NCBI RefSeq assembly: GCF_036321535.1
Contig: NC_087437.1
Coordinates: 2,418,001 to 2,482,000, forward strand
Reading direction: 5' to 3'
Origin: Camelus dromedarius
Lineage: Eukaryota
DNA: 64,000 nt
Part shown: one piece after another, positions 27,110 to 39,082 of the stretch
Position numbering within the stretch: position 1 is the first letter of the stretch
Layout: each line of letters starts with the position of its first letter
Position numbers and translations under genes: made by a program
The notes under the pieces: generated by a model
Told to the model about the DNA's origin: nothing
Database searches by the model: none
What the model saw: the letters and a program-made list of their open reading frames with translations, nothing else

Positions 27110-28770
27110 GCGACTTGGGAGACACAGATTTGGGTAAAATGAGTGTTTCAAGGACGGGAGTCAGGGGCTTATAAAGACAAAAAGCCAAGAGGCTGTCAAA
27201 AGTTGCCTGATGAGAATTGTGACTGACACTGACGTGAGCCAGTCAGGAAACACATGTCCTTAAGGAATCACAACTTATTTCAGGGTGGGGGCTTAGTAAG
27301 TAGCTGAAGTTTCTGGCAGGTGTTCCGGATGACTTCATTAGGGCAATAAATGCTCACAGGGCCGGGTTCTCTGTGGGCTGAGACATGCGTAAGTCTCACC
27401 TCCTTCATGAGCCCTCTCGAGCAATGCAGACTCCATTCTTGTTTTTCTTTCACAAAGGCAGTCTTCTGCTGCCGGGAGCAGTGACCCCAGGTCAGCCTGG
27501 AGGACATTCAGGTGAGCTTCAGCTCACTGGCTAGTGCTGTAGGAATAGCAGAGTTTGCCATCGACCTCTTCCCTGCAGGCGCGGCAGCGCCCACACCAGC
27601 TGAGAATGAGCACAGCCACCTGTGCTCAGGCTTGAGCTGGGGTGGGAGCGGGGGAGCGGTCCTCCACCCTTCTATACTCATCTGGCTGGTCTAAGAATTA
27701 ACCTGACATGAGGCAGACTAACAGGAGAAAAATAAAAATTGAATAACACGTATAGTTCCTGTGTATACCCATGGGAGACAGCCAGGGTAAACTGAGTGAA
27801 CTCACCAAGAAGGCTGCAGCCCTCACCTTCAACATCCTCTTCAGCTAAAGACTAAAGAGGAAGCTGCAGGCAGCGGTCAGTTACAGAGGTCAGCTACATG
27901 GGATGCCCGGAGGAATGAGAAGTTCAGTTAGACAAGGGCTGGAAAGGTGTCACTTTGGTTTAGACGTGGGAGTCATCAGTGACTCGCTGCGTGGGAATGG
28001 AGGAAGGGAAGACACACCAGAGTGGGTGGGGACAGACTGCTGGTGGGGAAGCAGGCAAATCCTTCAGGAAGTTTGTCGTCAGAAGTAAGACTGTCTGGTT
28101 CATCTGAGAGGGAAGAAACAGAGGGAGATGTTTACAGAGAGGGAAATTTGAAATCGTCACTGAGAAGGAAGAAGGTGCAAGTTAACTACATAAAAGTAGT
28201 AGGATCGCTGGGCAGTGCGTGACTTTCTTCAGCAGCACTTAGATGCCTGGGGGGATGTAAGGGGGAAGAGTGACAATCAGTCTGTTGTGCAGTTGGGAGT
28301 TTTGCCAAGTAAGCACACTGAAAAGACAGAAAAGGGGATAAAGGATCTAAGTAGGAGTTATTAAAAAATTTAGCTCCTGGAAATTGTTGAGAAGGAGAGT
28401 ATTTCCTTTATCATCTTACATTCAGTGATTGGGAACCTGCAAATTAAATTGACTAAAGCTGATTACTGTGAGAAAAAAATTATGTATGAATACATGCAGG
28501 AGTTCACAAAGCAATGGGATTTGAAGAGGTAGCTAAAAGTGGGGGCTTATATGCAATTTAATAAGTGACAGGAAAAGGAGAAAGGCATTTTCTGAAAAAC
28601 AAATGACTTCTTGGTGAGAGGGGAGAGAAAGGGCACTTATGGTAGAACAAGTGACATTTAGGGAAGATAAATAATGCCCTAGGAGAATGTATGGGAGAGA
28701 TGGCATGTTTGTGACAATGTCCGTTTGAGTCTGGTGCTCAGAACTTGCCTCTAATTTTAAGACTGTTTCC
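27110..28770 (-). mobile_element. Cluster of ERV1-type LTR fragments (about 27110-27480, 27650-27960, 28385-28770) separated by older sequence
   Basis: MER34/LTR39-like motifs aattaacctgacatgaggcagactaacaggagaaaa and aattaaattgactaaagctgattactgtgagaaaa. Confidence 0.55.
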
Positions 28771-29084
28771 AAAAATTAAATAAATAGAGAAAATGAAAAG
28801 CCTGAGGCAGATTTCGTTTCTCCATGAGGAAACATCTGTGAATCAGTGTTTAAGGTAACATATAGAAAGCTTGATGGCACTGTAACGATTGTTGTGATCC
28901 ATCAGAACACTGCAACAGCCACAGCAGATCCAAGCCCTGTCCGTCTAAATCTTTAGGTCTATAGACATTGATTAACGCTGGAAAATTCAAAAAAGCTATC
29001 AATCAACACGGCTCAATATCGACAAGTTTGGTGGGTGGCTGGGTGCTGTTTAAACAGCTGGCATCTGGGCTCAGTTTGAGTATA

Positions 29085-29433
29085 TAATACTCCAGAGTGC
29101 TGGGTTTTATTCCCAAAATCTGCTTAAAAGTCAAAGAGATGCAGAGAAACGTGATTTAAAATACTACATCAATTTTAATCATGCCCATAGAACGCAAGAG
29201 TATTTTCCCTTAATAAACAGGGTCAGTATCTTACATAATGGAAAGTAAATAAAATGTTAAGCAAACAGCCCAGCAGGTAAATGTTTACTATTTATCTTGC
29301 ACATCATATAATTATTCTTCAAAATCTCCACATATTCTTCACGTGCTTTCGAAACCAGATCTGGACTTAGACTTGATTCGTCCATCAAGGCTGTGAGAGA
29401 GTCTCTAGGACTTAGATCCGAGTTCAGTAGTAG
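29085..29433 (-). other. Last exon, formerly coding, now 3' UTR; AATAAA at 29106-29111
   Basis: Acceptor ttttctttccag; remnants ATTELGSKS* and, frameshifted, DESSLSPDLVSKAREEYVEILKNNYM match the ANKRD26 C-terminus. 3' end position is approximate. Confidence 0.82.
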
Positions 29434-30598
29434 CTGGAAAGAAAATGAAAGAATTAGATTCTTTACTTAAAATACTTCATAGGTAACTAAATGTCAGTTT
29501 ATTTTTTAAGAAAAGCTGAGACTCTTCTAAGTTTTAAGAAGAACGAAAAATACCTACAAACGATTACAACACAAAATACAAGATTACTACTCTAGACTTT
29601 GCCCAGGGCTGCATGTTGAATTAACTGCTCCTGTGGCTAAGGATCAGAGCCCCCGGTTTTCTCATTCTTCATTCATTTACTCGGCAACCATGTACTAAGT
29701 CACTGTGACAAGCACTGGAATCACAAGATGAAGATGACAGAGCCCACCCTGAAAAATCATGTACCGTAAACTGGAAAACTAGATAAACCGGCAATTTCGG
29801 TACAGAGACATAAATGCCATGACAGGTATAAAAGAGGGCACAGTTGGAACACTCAGAAGGGACGTCCAGCTTTGTGTCAATAGTGTCCCCTCTTTGGTGG
29901 CCATGACGTGTAAGCAGATACCCGAAGGAGGAGGAGAAAGTGTGGGAGGGAGAGGCAAGAAGCAAACACACAGAGCAGAGGCAGAAGGGGCGCCCACTGG
30001 GCCGGACGCAGTCTGACCAGCCGCTGGAGCACAGGGGCAGAGCAGGGGAGTAAAGAGATACGGCTGAAGCCTTTGGCAAGAGCCAGATCGATGTGGGTGT
30101 TTTTCTTCCAAGCTAAGGAATTTGGAATTTTTCCTGAGGGCAAAATGTTAACCCCTGACAAAGTGAATGACAGGAAATTAATTGTCATCCACCGGGGGAC
30201 AGGTACATGAACTGTGATTGCTTGAGTCTGGGATTTTGGCCTCAGTCACTACCAAACTCGAGAAGCTGATGACCTCCATGCTTTCTGAGAACAGGTCCGT
30301 GTGCAGGTGACAGGCCCACGGGGACAGCGGGAGAGGAAGGGCACAGCCAGAAATAGAGAGAGAACACAGACTTCCTGAGATTTTTTTTAAAGCTATGGAT
30401 CATGATGAATAAATGAGGAATAAGTACACTTATCATTATGAATGAAATTATGCTTTCACATTTTTCATTAGATATGTGTACGAAAAAAATTTAACATAGT
30501 ATCTGTTATTCAAACAATAGAAAGAGGTGCCATTTACTGTTTACAGTGTATTTTGGAAACCAATGTCTAAATTTAATTCAGAAATGTTGGCAACATAC

Positions 30599-30644
30599 CT
30601 CCTTTTAATTCTCTATCTGTATTATTCTCCAACTACTTCCGCAT
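30599..30644 (-). CDS. ANKRD26: Penultimate 46-bp exon, MRK* (TAG at 30633-30635), remainder now UTR
   Basis: MRK*LENNTDRELKG versus human MQQELEKNITRELKE; tttcag/gtatgt boundaries. Confidence 0.85.
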
Positions 30645-33600
30645 CTGAAATAAGTCAAATATTATTTTTAATGTGTAAGTTAAACAAGAAACACTATCAT
30701 AGGAATGACAGCTAGCTTATGAAATGTGGCCTTTAAATAAATAATTTTAGGGACTTGACCTAACTTGAGGATTGCTTAAATAGAAAAAATAATCACAGGA
30801 CTAAAATCAAATAAATTCCTACTTACTTTGATTTTAGATAATACAGAACATATATATGTAAGGCTATTTAGATTCCCCTGATGGAAGGTACAATAAACAC
30901 TGCCCTGTCAGATACACAAAATCTCAGAGGGCGATGCCCGATCTCATTAGCACAAAGAGTTTAAACAATTCAAGTCATGTTCTACACTGAATGCATTACT
31001 CTGCAGTTCTCAGAAAAACTGCCCTTTATAAAAGTTTAGTTTTTTTTTTTTTAACGTTAATGGATTTTTCCTTAAAATGAGATTTCCATTCCTGCACTTT
31101 TAATTTTAAGGTCTGTTCTTGCTAATGTTTTTAGCACAGAATTGCAGATGCATAAAATGAAGAAAAGTGTTCTGTTATAATGTCAAGTGAAAATTCTACT
31201 GGCAAACAAGTTAAGCAAATATATTTTGCTCTCTGTATATGACTAAAATATTTATATCAAAAAATCTGCTTGAAGAAAAGAAAAGGAGAAACTAGCGAAA
31301 GTTTGAAAAGTTGGATTCTGATTCACAACTTCCTAGAGTTAGAAATACGGAAAACAATACGTAATTCTTTAAATGTAACTTTGTTTCCATTCTAGAAATT
31401 AGGGCCAACTTTTTGAAACTTGACTTAATTAGTTAAGTATTTAATTATGAAATGTGTGGGGACATTTCAAAATACAAATGTCCCCACCTAGAGTGTTCTT
31501 TTAAAAACCTTTCTTATAAAAGTCACCCGCTCACAAAACAGGGTCTAAACTAGTCCACCAGACATAATAAACACTGCGGTGGTAACAGCGACACGAGAGC
31601 CGAGGTCTTTGTAAATGTTAGGTGCAAAGACAAAATTTGGGGCTACTATTTGCCAGTATTTTCAGAGACTGTTTTCCGTAACACTGTCTGACAAGAGCAT
31701 TCTACAGAGGCCTTCTGCCATCAACAACGTGACAACAGTGCCAGGTGGGTCCTGTGAAGTGAAAAACGCCTAACAGATGAAGGGAGAAGACTTTACTGAA
31801 ATAAATTCAAATAACCGTTAATAAGCACTATGCAAAATGTAGATCACACTTTCACATGAGCTGAATGTAAGATTACTATCTTTTCCTCTGCAAAGCTATT
31901 TTCCTAAATAGGTATTTCTGGGACCTTTATGTTTATTTCTAGGTGAGGACACCCATGTCCAGATGGTGGAAGTGGTCTGAAGTCCAACATTAATAAGGAG
32001 AAGGCACCTGCAGTTTTCCTTAAACTTTTCCATTTAACAAAAACACAGAAAGGTGAGAAAATTATACACAGGAAGACAATGTATCAGCAAGTTTTAATTC
32101 TAATGGTTTTTAATTAGGAGCATTCTTTCCTAACTGGCAGTTTGCAGACTATGTCCCATAGAAATGGAAGGTCCCACTGGGGACACTGCAGGATTGAGGT
32201 CAAAACTGAGGTCACAGGCTGGAAGATAATGCTGCCCTCTCTTTCCGAGATCAATTTGATAAAAACACACTTGCCACACACGTATACACACACGTTCATT
32301 TCCAAAGTGAATATGTTCTCAGATTATTGATACTTTGCAGTTAAAATTTGGTACCATTCTTATTTTAAATGTTATAAACATAAGTACAATTCCAGAAATG
32401 AAATAAAATCAAGTCATTTAACTGCTTTGATTCATTATCCTGTTGTAAATAGGTTAATGTATGAAGGAAATGACACTTGTCAGTTTGTAACTATTAAATG
32501 CATGTATTTTGCTGCAGAGGAAGGAAATGAGAAAGTATTTGTTGATCAAGGAGCTAAAAAATTAAGTACAGAGAAAAAAGTGAATGAAAGAAAAAGAACT
32601 GGAAGAAGTTGAGTGATTGTCTTTCAAAAGATAGCACGCTTCCTCATTTGTCCATTCAGACAAAATGAAATGAGGGCAGGAGGGAGTCCACAGGGCAGAG
32701 AGCTGATAGCAGAAACAAGGTTACTGAACTCTGCCTCTGTCTTATGACAAGTGAGCTTAACTACTGTGATAGTTTGATTAGAATTAAAATTCACAGTGGA
32801 TGTGCCCTGCCTTGGAAGCCTACTTTTGAAAGAAACGTGACCAGATTCTGCTGAGACGCAGTGCTGTGTCATGTCAAAAGTTAAAGTCTTAGGAATGTTA
32901 GTCGTTTTAGCTCTGGTGCACTGCTATAATCCCATTTAGAAAAAGGGCTGCTAAACTGAATGGACATTTGAGAAATTTAAGTTACATAAATAAATCATTA
33001 GAAAATATTTGAAAGTGTCAGTAATACACCAAAAGTCCAAAATCAATGAGTGTAAAATTTAGTCTTCCTATTTAAAATAGATCTGAAGGACATTTATTAA
33101 CTATTGTGGCCATGCTTCACGTTAGGCATACCAATACTAAAACACTCTTGAACACAAAATAATCTTTAAAACAGAGAAATTTTGTCTGTTATAATACTGT
33201 CTGGAATCCATTTTTAAGTTTTCAGTTCTCAGAAAAAAAATTCTATGTGCAAGAAAATCTAACAGTGATGTATCTGCTCAGGATAATTTTAACTTTTTGT
33301 ATTTTATAGTAATATAATTAAATAACACAATTGAGTAAAATTGTAAAATTGCTTCTGACATGTAGGACAAAACACCCCAGAAATAAACTAGAATGTGAAA
33401 TCTGAGGGTAAAAATCGGCAAAACAGATACGGGGTCCATCTGTCACCGCTACAACGATGTCACGTGACAAGGCTATACTTCATTCAGTGGTAAGAGAGGC
33501 AATAAACCCAAGTGTTACGAACTGGAAAAAACTTGCTTCGACAACCAGCACGACTGAACTCACAGACTTAGAGCAACACTTCTGTCAAGTTAGAAAAAAA

Positions 33601-35360
33601 ATGCTGAGTAAGCTGGAACTTCACAGTAGGAACAGTCCAAAATGTTAAAACCTTGCACATAAAGGAGAATGTTAAATTCAACCCCAATGCCATTTTTAAC
33701 ATTTTGCTTTCTAGAACCATAGCTGAAAAGCTGTGGAAGTCTGTTGTTTTGTTAAGCCCCATGCAAAAACCCATCCCTTCCTGTCATTTTAAACAGGATG
33801 TTCACACCTCTCATAGCATTACTTTATGTTTTCCCAGCAGAAATAATTACATCCCTAGCAATTCCACAAGTCACCTTCTTTCTCTAAGTCTGACTAAGAA
33901 ATCTGTAAGCAGTAAATGTACAGTAAGTCCTGTGAGGCGCCCGGCAGTGCTGAGGGAGACGTTCCTCTGCACCCGGACAGAGCGGGGCTTGTTAACCTCC
34001 CTGCTAAACCTAGCATGATTCGGCCCCACGGCCCCACAGGAATACGTGTACCTCGGAACTACAACACTGAGGTTAAAATAAATCATTTTCCAATGTATCT
34101 AGAAGTACTAAAACATAGACACCTCTTTCCCCAAAAACATTAAAGGAGAAAACTGTCCTCAGGAGCTTTCTCTTGCATTGCTTTTGCACTCACACTCTTC
34201 CACCATCATCCTGCAAAGTGACACACTGTCGATTTTTTGGTGACAACTAATGAAAACATTTCGAGTTTGCATCATGCTTAGCCACTGGCGGAAGTGTTAG
34301 CCATGCATTTTTTTTTTTTAACACCACGCAGTCCGGTTTCATGACTCTGAAGCACTTAGACTCAATTTACCCACAACACTGTCTACGAAACTTGAGCTTT
34401 TTTCTTCTTTGATTTATTATGACACGAAGCCAAGTGAGAAGAAATGGGTTGAGACCTCACATAACAAGGGCCCGTGTTACCCTTCTCTGCATCAAGAAGA
34501 TAATGAAAACTCCATCAAACCATAAACCAACGCGTACCGCTTTAAATGGCTATTTTAACAACGATACACAATGAAAACTGGTTGTAATTTAAAGACTCCC
34601 TATCGTTACCACCTCGGCATTCCTGCAGGTGAGGGCAAGACAGAGATATAAGTGAACTTCTTGTTAAAAATTGAAGTATTTGCTTTCCTTGACTACGTAT
34701 TTAGAAATGTTCTACAACTGCTCAGTAAGACATTTTATAACAATTAAAATAACAATGCTAGAAGTAAAATACCAATTAAGGATGTACTCTTACAGAAGAA
34801 AATGATAAAAATTTTAAACTTAAAAACGGAACTTAATATTTTTAGTGTTACAAGTTTATTGAATTCATAAAAAGAATTTATCTTGGATTCCTTTAAATAA
34901 AAAGCATCCTCATGTGGTTAAGTAGCTCAATGCCAATCATTTACTTGTGTTTAGGGGTAGAAAAACTGGGCTGCAGCAAAACTTGAAAATTACTATCAAC
35001 CAATGCCAAAACGAAATCAATCAGAAAATAAGCCAATCGATGGAAAGTGTATCTCTAGTTATTTGGCACTAATACTTAACTTCTAAAATAGAATTTAAAA
35101 TGGAGCTTTTTAAGAAATTTAACATTTGTCAGTTTAGTTGCATCTATTGAATAAAGTTAATGACAGGTATCTCTTGAAAACTACAAGTCCAGGGACTTTA
35201 AAAAATTATAAAATTTGTCTCCTTTCTTTATTAGCACAATTAACTATGGCTTCTACTTAGTGTGCATAAGTCAAAGAAACAACTCAGAATTTCATCAAAT
35301 TAAAAACAAGAATTGTATCAGAAATCTGAAACCCAAGGAAAAAAAGATAATATAACTAAC

Positions 35361-35571
35361 CCGGAACAAGGGAACGCTCAAGTTAGTTGAAGGGTCGGAA
35401 AAAATCCTGAAGCGCCTTCTTCGAGTAGGACTCCTTTTGGCCTCCACGCTAGTACCAGCAGCAGAAGGCGGTGCGTCAACAGGCCTTGCAGGAACAAAGC
35501 CAGGGAAAGAGCTCTTGTGCTGTCTCTCCAGCAGAAGCTTAGTGCTCACCTCGGCCAGCCTCTCATTAACC
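35361..35571 (-). CDS. ANKRD26: ANKRD26-like exon, 211 bp, phase 2-0 (VNERLAEVSTKLLLERQ...SVPLFR)
   Basis: Within ORF 35295-35600; tcctcgcag/gttagt boundaries. Confidence 0.9.
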
Positions 35572-37166
35572 CTGCGAGGATCGCAAAACACAGATTTCAT
35601 TCATTTCATTTTCTTCCTAAGTGATGTGTATATTTACAGTTGCTATAATAGTAAACAGATTGTCCCATTAAACTGCGTTTTAACACCAAAAATACGTCAG
35701 CGAAGACCTACTGTAAACAATTACAGTTTAAAACTGTCCTAAAGAAGGACGTACGTGCCTGGGGGGGGGCGCTTAACTAACAAGTACTTCAAAGTGGGGA
35801 CAGTCAGAGATGGAGACGCCCCCACAGAGGACCCCCACTGCCTTCTGCACCGGCTGCATCTAGACATACTCACCCTCAGTAAACCAGTTTAGAAATAAAA
35901 GATAAACCATTCCTCAAAGCCATTTTCAAGCATTTGCTTTCACCCCCCTTATATACACATTTCACTCATTACCTGGGAGAAAGGAAGCATGCGGCACTGA
36001 GCAACAGTTTAGAGCCACCACCTCTGGGGGGCACCAGGCGGCACAGTCGATGGTGGGAAAGAACTCCGACAGCGCCAGGGGCAATTTCAAGTGTCCCCCA
36101 ATTTCCCAAATCTCACTTTGTTACTTCGCTTTTACCAGAAGCCTACATCAGCACCTGTTTTCCATAATCAAACAAACTCTCAAGCGGATTTTCACTTTTA
36201 TGGGAAAAAAGCAAAAAGCCAGAATAGCGCTGGGTGTTTGTTTTAGCCCGACCCATCAGAGGGGCAACGAGCGCCCCGAGCAGCGAGAGGGGCCCCACCG
36301 AGCTCCTTCCGCAGAACCACACTCAGTGTCCCGGCATCACGCCGCCACGGCTTAGGACTGTGTCCGTGAGCGCCTGTGCTTTATGCATATTTATTTCATG
36401 CATCCACCAGCAAGATGTGTCCTAAGGTAACTGCCTCTTTGCTTTACATCGACAACTTTCATAGGAACGCTCTACTTTTGGATAGCGGGGAGACCTGTAG
36501 CTTGTAACACTGCTACTCAGGCACCGGAGGTGGGACCCGCCCTTTCTGTCTCCCACACACCCCCTCAGGCAGGCCACCACATTCTTCTTAGCCACTTTGT
36601 GAACCACTATGCTGCCCTTCACCCCTATGTGAAGTTCCCCCTATTCCCCAAGCATGCCTTTATGTAGCGGAGACAAACTTAGAAGGGTACAGTACTTCGT
36701 CTCAGGGTGCCCACGAGCGGTGACACCAAATATCACAATCAACAAAGTAAATTCACCAAACACCAGCATGGGGCCCCTTGGGTTTACATTGTGCTCTTCC
36801 AAAACACAGTCAATTTTAAACTCATTAACATTTCTATTTATGGGAATTCCAGCTAGAAATTTGTGATAATATGGCTGTCTAAATTACAAAGTTTGCAAAA
36901 CCCCTAGCTTAAAGACTAGATCAGGTTAAATATATGCAAATATAAAAAATAAAGTCGTGTAAAAGCAACAAAAGGCAGGGAGATGCAAAGTGCCCTGGAC
37001 TGACATTTTAAAGGGGAGTTCATTTGCTAACATCATTTCCCCAAATTACACTATCTAGTTAGTTTTCACTTGCTGCTCACCTCATGAACCTGGCTCAGTA
37101 AGAATTATGCCTTAGAGGCAAATTAATGACCTGAGTTATTTTCTATAATTCTACGTTTTGACTTAC

Positions 37167-37357
37167 GAGGTAAGTTCACTTGCCAAAGACTTTCTATTTT
37201 CTAGCTCTTGCAGGTATAGTTGTTTGTATTTTTCCAATCTGTTTTCATTACAATCACTTTTAAGTTCAGGCTCCAGATCTTTAACTCTGGGTTCCGTTTG
37301 ACTAACTGAAGCACGCTTATACTCTTTCAACACGTTTTCTTGAAATCCTGCTTGTGC
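37167..37357 (-). CDS. ANKRD26: ANKRD26-like exon, 191 bp, phase 0-2 (AQAGFQENV...LEKYKQLYLQELENRKSLASELT)
   Basis: Resembles AQAASQENL...LEKYKQLYLEELKVRKSL; gctttag/gtaagt boundaries. Confidence 0.93.
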
Positions 37358-37937
37358 CTAAAGCAAATTAAAAGGATACAACTTTAAAAATAATTATAAC
37401 CTGAGTAATTACAGTCTATTTGTTCCCTTTAGTTTTGAGTCAATGACTCAGAGAGCAATTTTAAGTGTGAGAAAAAAGCTGAATGTTAAACTACTTATCA
37501 TCAATGTCAAGTGAATTAAATCTGAATTACAAAATTAAAGTTGAATCACTCTTATATTAGTACTCATGTAATGTGATAGTTCAAAGAATAAAAGGATCAA
37601 TTTAAAATTTTAAAAGTTGAACAATACAACTTAAGAGCAATCCCCGAGTGTGGCACAGTATTTACATCACAATATATTCTTCTCCTCCTAGTAGTCTTGA
37701 CTTACACCAATTGGTCTTAAAAATGATTCTCTAGTGAGAATTGTTCTGAAAGATCCATTTAGTGATAGTGATGATGGAAACTGAATTATTTAAAGGGAGT
37801 AACAAATGCGGCCTTCCTTCCAGAAATCTACAAAACCAACTGCCATATGGGAAGTAGAGGAAACACATAAAATGTACACATCAGAACTGTCATTCTCAGC
37901 AAAGTGAGTTAGAGCACGTTACAGATCAGTGTCTCAC

Positions 37938-38303
37938 CTGTAAAAACTGGCTGATTTCTTTTAGTTTCTCTACTACATCATGTCTTGCTTGTTCTTCAGT
38001 TTCCTGTCTGTGCTGCACAGCTCGCCTGAGTTCTTTCAGTGCTTCTACTGCATCCCGTCTTGCTTGCTCTCCAGGCTCCCGCTTGTAATGCTCCACTTGG
38101 CTGCGTTCCACTGGGTTCATTTCGAGGTGACGCCTCAGATTTACTGCTTCTTCCTCCAACTTCTTCTTCTCCTCCTCTAGTGCTTCACATTTCCTTTGCA
38201 TCTCTTTCACAGGTAACAACTCCTTTAGAAGAAGCTGAGTTTCTGCACTCAGATGGAGAACTACTGAAGATGTAGACTCCTCTTTTGCTGGCAGATCAGC
38301 ATT
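37938..38303 (-). CDS. ANKRD26: ANKRD26-like exon, 366 bp, phase 0-0 (NADLPAKEEST...EISQFLQ), DUF3496-like region
   Basis: ORF 37926-38309; catgcag/gtgaga boundaries; includes a 75-bp internal duplication. Confidence 0.93.
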
Positions 38304-39082
38304 CTGCATGAAAAAGATAAAATTGTTTGGTAATGAGGTTAGCAGACTGAGAACAGCCTAACTCTAATCCAGCATCAAAGGTTGAAATAAATTCAGTTAC
38401 AATAAAGTGGCATATCTACCTTGTGGAATGGAGAAACTCAAATTACTCAGAAAATCAAGAAAAAAATTCAAACCACCAAGAGTCACAAAAATATACTGTT
38501 TATTTTCATCATTTTGTTATACATTTGTACTTGATTTTACAATCTTATTTTCTGTAGTTGTTTCATGTCTTTCCTACATAAAATGACTACAAGTCACCTC
38601 TTAGTAGAAAGTCTCTTAGCCCTTCCTTCCCCAAGTCTCAACTCTTCATGATTTTTAAAGTTTAGGGAGATCATATTGAGTTACTTAGGGCTGAATTAAT
38701 AAATGCCTCCCAAAACAAGACTTTGAAAAAAAAGACTGCAATTAATACATCTTACAAATATGGATTCTAAGGCCATAAGCCTTTCTCTGAACTACAAATA
38801 TTTTATGCTAGTTTGAATTGCATGCCAAGGAGCAATGAATGATTCACAGAGTTAAGGAGAAATCCATCTCCTAGTGTAGTGGTTTAGTAAGATGACCGAT
38901 ACATTTTTCTAAACACACAAAAAAGCCTTAATTCTTGTAATCCTTTGTGGCTCTCCACAAAACAAGAGAACATACTTAACAAAAACAAACAAAAAAACTT
39001 GCTGGAATTTCAGTGACACTGACTTGGGAAGAACTGCTTTCCTTCAGAGAGAAGGATTATTTGCTGACACAAGGCAGGCGGA

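Noticed and set aside
23248..28222. Many 60-150 aa ORFs in the GC-rich block
   Set aside because: Overlap L1/L2/MIR/LTR remnants on both strands, with no coherent exon structure.
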